From IMG/VR virus record IMGVR_UViG_3300027921_000016, positions 33,849 to 97,848 of that record: DNA of 64,000 bases. The stretch is one strand, 5' to 3'. The translations under genes and the position numbers were made by a program. Position 1 is the stretch's first letter; every line of letters begins with the position of its first letter. A model generated the notes under the pieces. That model did no database searches. It worked only from the letters and a program-made list of their open reading frames with translations, and had not been told where the DNA came from. This DNA is from a virus. Shown here piece after piece: positions 39,301 through 45,697 of this stretch.

Positions 39301-40870
39301 CCCTCCCTAACAAAAACTCCGCCTCCCCCCCATAACTTACACCCTCTACCACGGATATATACGCCCCGATGGTGCCCTTTGGTACTTTTATCCGCAACAG
39401 ATTAACTGAGTTATGCCCACCTACATAGGTATTAACACTAAACTTAGCGGCGGTTATGGGCTTTATCGAGGTAGACAAGTACCCGTCGTCCGTGATTACC
39501 CCTCCCGCCAGCAACCGGGCCGTTACTTTCGCACTAAGCCCACGGTATACCGTCAGGTCTTCTTCGGTCTTCCCGGCGGCCTCTAGTGCACTGTCTAGCT
39601 CCGAAATAGTATCCATATACACGGACCCCAACCCTGTACGGAGCCCCCTGTTTATATCCTCGTAGGCTGCTCCCATGTAGGTCTCCACAGCCTGCACTTG
39701 ACTTCCCGTGAGCCCATCCAACCAAGGCTTGTATGCCTCGTACATCACCGTATGTAGTCGTCTCTCAACCTGTATACTTTCGCTGCCCCCCAACAGAGCA
39801 TCTATAGGTGCCTCTCTCACGCTTCTAAAAGCTGACCCCCTGCCTCCAGGGGCAAAAGTGAACAACCCTTGTTCATCGTGATAGGGGTTGTACTTCTGCG
39901 CTATTTTTTGGGGTACAGACTCCACAACTATATGCCCTTGCCTTTCCACACCGAAGATAGTACCCCTGCTAGTAGCAGGCTTAACCTCAATCACCCTAAA
40001 TACGGTCCCAGCAGGGAGCACTACCTCAGAACCACCACCTTCATGTACCCCTCCGATATCCTTCCCTACCGTGTCGGGTTGAAGGCGGACCTCTATAATC
40101 ATCTTGTCTCCAGGCCCATTACGCATATAGAAGTCCGCAACCGATGGGTCTGTGTCCGTAGACACAAATCTGGCATCCCCTCCAAAAGTATCCCCCACCG
40201 ACAGCCGTAGGAGCTTCTCAGCGTAACTACCCCGCACACCCCTATAAGTAGTCACTCGTCTACCCCCTGTAGACGACAACAACCCCTGCTGAAACTCTTG
40301 AGCAGAAGAACTGTAGTTCATTCCGTCCACACCAGACATCTGATCTTCAGGGTGCCTGAAATGTCCTGTTCTATAGTTTGACACCGCAACAGAATGCTTA
40401 GCCCTACTCCTATCAGTACACCTACCTAGTTCATCATGGTAAGGATTGGATTTCTGTACTGACCCAAGGGCCTGGGTCTTATCCTCGGTCTCAGCTACTG
40501 CAATCAATTGCAAAACACGAGCCCTGAGCATATCCGTACCCCGGTACTTCAGGTGCCGAAGCATGTTCTCCACCGCCTGGTCGATTACCGGGTCATGGTC
40601 AGGAGAAGCCGCGTACAAGGCTCCTCGTTTGTTGGCCATCTTGGCTCCGAAAAGCGCCGAGGCCAGGAGCATGCGCCGGATGTACTCACGATTGTCCTCC
40701 CCTACTTCTTCGAGACTCAGAAGATGCACCTTAGATACAGCCTCTCGGTACTCTCCGGCTTCAACGGCATTTTGAATGTCTCGGTAGACTGCCTGCGAAC
40801 GCACAGTCCAGTCCCTCACCAGCCTACGGGTGAGACCGACCTCAATGGCTAGGTAACTACGGACGTCCAT
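36365..40870 (-). CDS. MuF-type minor head polyprotein: 2 ADP-ribosyltransferases, Acb1-like 2H phosphoesterase, LAGLIDADG intein
   Basis: AVLDGRTSDFCR...PPFHP(intein)CRT MuF motif; YRG...ST...E ART motifs twice; two HxT motifs. Confidence 0.85.
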   Translation of the reverse strand: MDVRSYLAIEVGLTRRLVRDWTVRSQAVYRDIQNAVEAGEYREAVSKVHLLSLEEVGEDNREYIRRMLLASALFGAKMANKRGALYAASPDHDPVIDQAVENMLRHLKYRGTDMLRARVLQLIAVAETEDKTQALGSVQKSNPYHDELGRCTDRSRAKHSVAVSNYRTGHFRHPEDQMSGVDGMNYSSSAQEFQQGLLSSTGGRRVTTYRGVRGSYAEKLLRLSVGDTFGGDARFVSTDTDPSVADFYMRNGPGDKMIIEVRLQPDTVGKDIGGVHEGGGSEVVLPAGTVFRVIEVKPATSRGTIFGVERQGHIVVESVPQKIAQKYNPYHDEQGLFTFAPGGRGSAFRSVREAPIDALLGGSESIQVERRLHTVMYEAYKPWLDGLTGSQVQAVETYMGAAYEDINRGLRTGLGSVYMDTISELDSALEAAGKTEEDLTVYRGLSAKVTARLLAGGVITDDGYLSTSIKPITAAKFSVNTYVGGHNSVNLLRIKVPKGTIGAYISVVEGVSYGGEAEFLLGRGQTIRLRPPPTEVVITPRFKRPVKGIVYDAEIVHVKSEAAYKVVSGVGRFGWDDLSLSMPSRKEDIQAADLQVAGAKNSQLSGGPQPLYVSRRLKNPEAFIAWAKSQGFSKVVNADDLHVTIAYSRESLAWDQSWVDHEPLVCAGGSRTVEPLGSEGAVVLHFDCNQLQEAWEELRVAGASWDYQGYHPHITITYDVDEGLDLTKIKSYTGPLEFYGEVFEALDTDWKDSVVEKADAGGRFVQPFQPFVDPGIGELQIAASLNTSRLSTWGFTTESLHLGRTRYQLTAVLDGRTSDFCRMINGRQFDVASARSLVTKVLTAKDPEDVKTLQPWPKQDRESMAKYTEMSDAQLQAAGLGIPPFHPMCYVAGTQVYTRRGFVDFSDVDISSDLFLSLDTEDRSLKWVSAIKKMEYQYSGEVLRFSNNQGSLLQMVTPDHTMLWERRVDSGKGGRSRKMVFGTVGEFLSSNRKEAKVYCSSGHKGTSPATLMFAGRMWPTKPLLKFLGYYLSEGSVQYHSDGRYCYPVIAQTKYANKMFSDISRLCPGVRKHEHISGHKLAVSDAVLGAACAVFGKSHSKYVPEWVFSLSPDLIRVFLDAYILGDGSRREKGSKFFGFHSEERTITTSSVRMRDGLVELMIRAGGSASFRRVSSAGTQQVHGNGVYTQNYDQWRVSWLTSKARAATRVEVVPYEGTVYDVELEHTHTLLVQLEGRVSWGSNCRTLCTAVEGEKDLGVKAPRLKAPAGVLEEKVPAQAFTVVSPEITVDNLQQWNDYIGKDPIKVIKMLFGTTVEDALKGGVVTFDKSGNIVLALSTPAATIRQVLDPYTGTLYLSEAQFAAVNGEKAARAYFTRVLHGMVEAKDTLGATTIVVATGDAAVEFAHLGFVPKASDWQALRLEAMDDFQDGSLNKVYLALDDDQKKTVMNLLSNENEHALTDLMALPFIYRNKTVGEWILQGYEGDFYLDLLDKDLVKRIGGQA
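37148..38206 (-). mobile_element. Intein (353 aa) with LAGLIDADG endonuclease in MuF
   Basis: CYVAGTQV...VSWGSN/C; LGYYLSEG and LDAYILGDG. Confidence 0.9.
38610..39050 (-). other. acb1: Acb1-like (anti-CBASS, T4 57B family) 2H phosphoesterase domain; boundaries approximate
   Basis: LYVSRR...DLHVTIAYSR...GASWDYQGYHPHITITY. Confidence 0.75.
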
Positions 40871-40878
40871 ACCAACCC

Positions 40879-43629
40879 CTAGTGCCGGTGCACGTGGCCG
40901 GCCAATTCCACTAGGTCGGGATCATTGGACCCGAACAGGTAGCTGGCCATCAGGGAATCCAGCAAGCGGGAGTCCTCTCGGGAGAGCCCCTGTACTTGGT
41001 CGAGCACCTCTTGCTTGCGGGCATCCGGGATGTCCTGTTTCCTGGCAATACCCTTGATCACTGCATAATCCTCAGCCAAGCGTACCAGCTCGCTGGCGGT
41101 CTTCGCTTTCGGGGAGGGGGTAGGGGTAGGAGGTACTACCTTTAATGGCGTGGCGGGCTTTGTAGCAGGCTGACCAGGAACTGCCGGTACTCCGGGGGGT
41201 ACTACCGGTTCCTCCGAGACCTCCAACTCCATACCGGTCACGGTGTTCATTTCCTTGATCCAGGTGTCCTTGCTGGCCACATCCTTAGCCTGGGTAAGGG
41301 CTGCAATTTGATCGGTGGCACTGGTGAGCGTCACGGGCTTGCTTTTCATCTTCAAGGATTTCAGCCCAAGGCCGCGAATAATGGTGTTGGTGATCCGTTC
41401 ATCGAACTCCTTACGCTCTGGTTGAAAGACTTGCTCTTCGGCCACCATGTACGCAGTTTGTGCGGTCGAAAAGTTGTAATCAGCGGCCTTCCCCAAGAAC
41501 AACGGTGGCAGACGAAAGCCGATACGCACATGCTCCTCCGTGGCCTTGTCGTAGTTGCCGAACATCGAGTCCATCATGCGTTCGGAGTTTCCGGTTATAC
41601 ACACCTTACCGTTTCTGCGAGTAACAAACACTCCGGTGGGCATAGTGAAACACCACACCTTGCCGGTGTAGTACTCCATACCCCACTCAGGGCATTTCTC
41701 TTTGGTTACATGTGCAAAGGTTTTTGGGGTGATCGACACGCACCACTCCTCCCTGCCCTTAACCTGTGACACTACCGAACGATACCCTGCGTGCAGGCAC
41801 AACCTTTGTACGTCATCTGCCAACCTGGGACTTACCGTGGTGTACGTCCAGCCGTCCTTCCCTTGGTCATCATTACGATGCCCGTCCCCATGCAACAAAG
41901 CCTGTAGCAACCTTTCGCTCTGTACACAGTTTAGTGCTAAAGCCATAGGAGGTATGCGTTTGGAACCGGCACCAACCCCAACCTCCGACCTCAACCATTC
42001 TCGTAAGCCGGGAGCGTACAGGTGGTACGCAGTGAAACCCCCAGCACACTCATAGGCCTTTAATTCCGACCCCGCGCTTGCTGCAACTGATTGCAGGCAC
42101 CCAGAGTTCAAAAAGTCCTTCTTCCTCTGCTTTTTAACCGATAAGTTAATAGCGCACGCGTTAGAGGGGTGATCTGTAGTTGACCCGTCAGCTATAAACA
42201 TGCCCAGGAAGTCAAGAAAGTTCCCTGCGTCATAATCCGCACCTGCTACCAAAAAGGTAGCCAACATCTCAGAGGTGTGCCCTTCCGTTGGGGCTACAGG
42301 CACCCTCACATTACTACGTGCCAGTGTCTTTATAGCCGGCTCAAAAAACCGTAGTCCTTTGCGCTCATACCACACTCTATGATTGGGGGTTACCATGAAC
42401 TCAGTGGCATGACCCTCGATCTTAACCATATACCCTTGGTAATCATACGAATGAAAGGCCAAAGGCTGGTCATACACCAGACCCTCACTCTTTAGGGATG
42501 CCACTGCCTGCCCAGACCAATCTTTGATAGGCAACCAACCTTCTTGGGTGAGCACCTCCGTGTCACTGTCAACACACCCGAATCGCTCTACTTTCACCTG
42601 CACGGTGGCTGTGCTTTCAAGAGACCCACTATTGGACTGCACGTCCACCACCACCGCCCGGTACTTGTTCTTGTTCAAGCCACTCAGGTATGCCTTGAGC
42701 TGGTTACTGGCGTCCTTTGCCAAGGTGCCACCCTGGAGAAAGATCATGGCCGGGGGCATGCCGCCAGAATCCAAGTACTCCAGATTGAGTTCCTCCGCTT
42801 TTCTGGAGCCCACCACCGAAGGCATCTGGTTCACCCAGCGAGGTACGAAATACGGGGTCTGGATATCCGGGTGGATGCCGAACATCAAAAGCTCGGTCCC
42901 TCGCTCCTCTGGTTTCACCTCGTGCACGAGATTGCCGGTAGAGCCGTCATCCTCCCACCGCCCGTCATTCCGATTGACGTGCCTGGTTGACCCGAACTCC
43001 CGGTAGTAGACCAATTGCTTGAGTGCTACCCTCTGGGCGAAGCGCCTTTCGCGCTCCCACATCGTCAACTCCACTTCCTTACCTTGACGAGTTACGGTCT
43101 TGGTTACCATCACCGGAGCATCGAGCTTCACCATACGCACGTTGTGTGTGAAGATATTTCGTAACCCCACTACCTCATCAGCAGGGTTTCGCAGGACCTC
43201 CAGGTAGGCGTACCCCACGGTCTCCAACTCCCGGCGCAAGGCTCTACGGATGCTGATAAAAGACTGACCAGGAGTGGGCTCGTTAAAAAACGCCTCAGCA
43301 GCCTCTACTTCCGCCTTGTCCGGCTCTTGGCCTTCGGCAAGCCCAACAAATTCATAGCCAGTGCCATCAATGTTGACCTCCATGGCCTCCACGCACTGAT
43401 TCAGTACGTTGTTGGTCAAGCACAGGTTCTTCAACTCCGCAGGGACGAACGGCGGCTGAAGGAATACGTTTGACTGATTCTGAGTAGTGTAATACAGCGA
43501 GGAGTATTCGTCCTCAAGCTGCACGGCACTCTGTGCCATCACCATCCACGTATCGTTGCCAATAACCTTTTGAACGAAGGTCAGAGGGTTGTCGGATGGC
43601 GCGGTCTTGGTGGTCAACGAGAGTGACAT
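40879..43629 (-). CDS. Portal protein (PBSX family) with intein
   Basis: CVEAMEVNIDGTG, GYAYLEVLRN, FRLPPLFLG..DYNFSTA motifs. Confidence 0.9.
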   Translation of the reverse strand: MSLSLTTKTAPSDNPLTFVQKVIGNDTWMVMAQSAVQLEDEYSSLYYTTQNQSNVFLQPPFVPAELKNLCLTNNVLNQCVEAMEVNIDGTGYEFVGLAEGQEPDKAEVEAAEAFFNEPTPGQSFISIRRALRRELETVGYAYLEVLRNPADEVVGLRNIFTHNVRMVKLDAPVMVTKTVTRQGKEVELTMWERERRFAQRVALKQLVYYREFGSTRHVNRNDGRWEDDGSTGNLVHEVKPEERGTELLMFGIHPDIQTPYFVPRWVNQMPSVVGSRKAEELNLEYLDSGGMPPAMIFLQGGTLAKDASNQLKAYLSGLNKNKYRAVVVDVQSNSGSLESTATVQVKVERFGCVDSDTEVLTQEGWLPIKDWSGQAVASLKSEGLVYDQPLAFHSYDYQGYMVKIEGHATEFMVTPNHRVWYERKGLRFFEPAIKTLARSNVRVPVAPTEGHTSEMLATFLVAGADYDAGNFLDFLGMFIADGSTTDHPSNACAINLSVKKQRKKDFLNSGCLQSVAASAGSELKAYECAGGFTAYHLYAPGLREWLRSEVGVGAGSKRIPPMALALNCVQSERLLQALLHGDGHRNDDQGKDGWTYTTVSPRLADDVQRLCLHAGYRSVVSQVKGREEWCVSITPKTFAHVTKEKCPEWGMEYYTGKVWCFTMPTGVFVTRRNGKVCITGNSERMMDSMFGNYDKATEEHVRIGFRLPPLFLGKAADYNFSTAQTAYMVAEEQVFQPERKEFDERITNTIIRGLGLKSLKMKSKPVTLTSATDQIAALTQAKDVASKDTWIKEMNTVTGMELEVSEEPVVPPGVPAVPGQPATKPATPLKVVPPTPTPSPKAKTASELVRLAEDYAVIKGIARKQDIPDARKQEVLDQVQGLSREDSRLLDSLMASYLFGSNDPDLVELAGHVHRH
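41587..42576 (-). mobile_element. Intein (330 aa) with LAGLIDADG endonuclease in portal
   Basis: CVDSDTEVLT...VTPNHR...LGMFIADG...LLHGDG...ITGN/S. Confidence 0.9.
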
Positions 43630-43796
43630 ACGAACTCCTTGTGCTAGTGGAGTTCATTGTACCCTACCTACGCCCGGCTGTACAAATTAAGGCTCTGCAA
43701 TTGATTGCAGACATACCAATGGCAAAGAATACTGCTCAACTCGCTCAAAAGGAAACAACGGAAGCTGCCCCCATTCAGGGCCATCTCTCCACCCCC

Positions 43797-43820
43797 CGCC
43801 GGTTAAGCTAGACGTTAGCC
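43797..43820 (+). mobile_element. attC right-arm remnant
   Basis: CGCCGGTTAAgctagacGTTAGCC. Confidence 0.6.
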
Positions 43821-43857
43821 AGCATGAACCGCTTGGTGCCCATGCTGGCCAATGTCT

Positions 43858-44028
43858 TTACTTCACCACTTCCTGCACGCTGATTTCGCGGCCGTCATAG
43901 ACGTAGCGCTCGGCCTTCTCGCCGTCCTGAAGCGCGAATTCCTCGACGGGGCTGCCGTTGTTGATGATCTTCACGCGCACTTCCTTTTCGGTCGAGAGGT
44001 GGGCGGCAATGGTTACGGTGGTCGTCAT
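43858..44028 (-). CDS. Cassette ORF, 56-aa hypothetical
   Basis: GGAGA RBS; bounded by GTTAGCC and GGCTAAC. Confidence 0.65.
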   Translation of the reverse strand: MTTTVTIAAHLSTEKEVRVKIINNGSPVEEFALQDGEKAERYVYDGREISVQEVVK

Positions 44029-44070
44029 TGGTAGTTCTCCAGTTTTTGCCGAGCTTTGCGACAGGTAGCC

Positions 44071-44139
44071 GGCTAACCTGTCCTTCAAGCTGGACTTCGC
44101 GCATAAAGCCGCGCTCAGCCCCTTAATTCTACGTTCGGC
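44071..44139 (+). mobile_element. Integron attC site (69 bp)
   Basis: GGCTAAC-ctgtcc-TTCAAG...CTTAA-ttctac-GTTCGGC imperfect inverted repeat. Confidence 0.85.
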
Positions 44140-44140
44140 G

Positions 44141-44452
44141 TCATAACATTGATGTGTCCCGCCGCACTCTCCAATGAGCCAAACGCCGTACCGCCGTTGC
44201 GCTCCACCATCTGCGCAACCGCCAAGAGAGACTTCCATTGCCCCTCCGTGAACCTCTCGTCGCCGTCGTCTCGCAGCCTGACGAATACGGTTCGCGCCGC
44301 TTGTCCACAAACATCGCCCGCTCGTCCTGCTTGTCAAACCAAAACATTCGGCTCCCGCAGCAGGCGTCCAAGACTGGCGGCAGGTCGCCCAACACAGCGG
44401 TCAAGGCAGACCGGCCATCAGCGGCTTCGTTTTTGTGTTGCTGGTCCTCCAT
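44141..44452 (-). pseudogene. Chimeric cassette ORF: 5' of SAM methyltransferase fused out of frame to 3' of another gene
   Basis: VLDACCGSRMFWFDK then loss of similarity; other frame reads TVFVRLRDDGDERFTEGQWKSL...TPNVELRG*. Confidence 0.65.
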
Positions 44453-44508
44453 TGTTCTCGTCCCTCGTTTGGTTCGTTATGGCCGGCTGCTTACCTTGGA
44501 CGTTGGGC
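44387..44508 (+). mobile_element. Integron attC site (122 bp)
   Basis: GCCCAAC...GTTGGGC; arms GTCAAG-GCAGACCGGCCAT / ATGGCCGGCTGC-TTAC with extrahelical bases. Confidence 0.85.
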
Positions 44509-44834
44509 GTCACACCCGCAGCCATAAGCAGTGCCTCACATTCCGCCCATTGGTCCTCATCAAGTAGTTCGGCAAGGCGTGCGCCGAGTTTTTGTAAGTT
44601 CTTGTCTCCCGACTGAAGTACATGCTCAAGCATTTCTTGGGCCTGGGTTGCGGTCAGTAGGTTCGTACCTGTCGGCCAGAGCGGAGAGCCTGCAATCGTG
44701 TGACCGGGCGCAAACGAGATACCTGCGTCTGGGTAAAAATCTGCCGGCAGCTTCCAGCACAGAAACCGATCAACCATCTCTTTTGTTACGTTCATTCTCA
44801 TAACCCCTTGTTTTTTACTTGCCATAGTTTCCAT
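44418..44834 (-). CDS. Cassette ORF, hypothetical (start uncertain)
   Basis: MVDRFLCWKLPADFYPDAGISF...PTGTNLL; reads through attC as TPNVQG. Confidence 0.65.
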   Translation of the reverse strand: METMASKKQGVMRMNVTKEMVDRFLCWKLPADFYPDAGISFAPGHTIAGSPLWPTGTNLLTATQAQEMLEHVLQSGDKNLQKLGARLAELLDEDQWAECEALLMAAGVTPNVQGKQPAITNQTRDENNGGPATQKRSR

Positions 44835-44837
44835 GCG

Positions 44838-44918
44838 GCCCAACAACCCAATCAAGCGGGACGCTCGAACACGCGACTTTAACTTTTGCTGGCGTGGTCA
44901 CTCGCGCCCCTTACTTTC
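44838..44918 (+). mobile_element. attC site with broken R' box
   Basis: GCCCAAC-aaccca-ATCAAGCGGGACGC ... GCGCCCCTTAC; terminal GTT absent. Confidence 0.65.
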
Positions 44919-45275
44919 CTTACGGAACGGGGTCTTGTGCCTGCCCTCTTTCACGCACTGCTTGATGTTCTGCTTCTGGGTTCCACCTGCTAGGTGATCG
45001 GGGTTTACGCACAACCGATTGTTGCACAGGTGCCGCGCCACCATCCTCGGGGTCATACGCAGGTTCTTGAAAGCCACTATGGACATGCGGTGCGCACCCA
45101 CAGTGTAGTGCTTCCCTTTCCTGGGGCCTTTCTTATACCGCATGGACATCATGGGGTACCCTGCTGAGGTGCGGCCAACCCACAACCAGCAGGCAGTACC
45201 GTTGTACCAGTCCTCACTGTACGGGGAAACGACGCTATTGGCCAGTATCCTCTCTGCCAGTGAAGCGTATTTCAT
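44898..45275 (-). CDS. HNH endonuclease
   Basis: CWLWVG...AHRMS...RHLCNNRLCVNPDHL. Confidence 0.85.
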   Translation of the reverse strand: MKYASLAERILANSVVSPYSEDWYNGTACWLWVGRTSAGYPMMSMRYKKGPRKGKHYTVGAHRMSIVAFKNLRMTPRMVARHLCNNRLCVNPDHLAGGTQKQNIKQCVKEGRHKTPFRKESKGRE

Positions 45276-45697
45276 AGAACCTCCGTCAGAGGACCGCCAA
45301 CATCGGTACTCGGCTGACTAGCTAGTCTTTCAGCCCCCACACGCTCTTCCTCCCGTATGAGCAGCTCCAGGCGTGCAAGGGCATTCCAGGCTGAATGGGC
45401 CGCGTGCATGAGGCCGGACTCCAGGTCATAGGTCTCCCCTCTAGCCTCTGACAATAGGTGCCTGTACATGGCGTCTGTGTATCGCTCTTGCGCGCGGTCT
45501 ACTCTCAACCAGTTACCAGGAGCGTATTTCTGTGCTCCGAAGGTGGTCACCATAGCCACAGCGGTCAGTGCTCGTGCGAAGTCTTGCATCCTCAAGCCTA
45601 CCCTGGGCTTGCCCTGGTCGTACTTACGGCCGTGATCCAGTGCACCTACATCTTGTGGTGCGGTACACTGGGCAGAGGGGTGAATGGTATTAGACAC
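45272..45697 (-). CDS. dATP/dGTP diphosphohydrolase (DUF5664-like)
   Basis: GRKYDQGKP...FGAQKYAPGNW...AMYRH...DLESGLMHAAHSAWNAL. Confidence 0.85.
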   Translation of the reverse strand: MSNTIHPSAQCTAPQDVGALDHGRKYDQGKPRVGLRMQDFARALTAVAMVTTFGAQKYAPGNWLRVDRAQERYTDAMYRHLLSEARGETYDLESGLMHAAHSAWNALARLELLIREEERVGAERLASQPSTDVGGPLTEVL

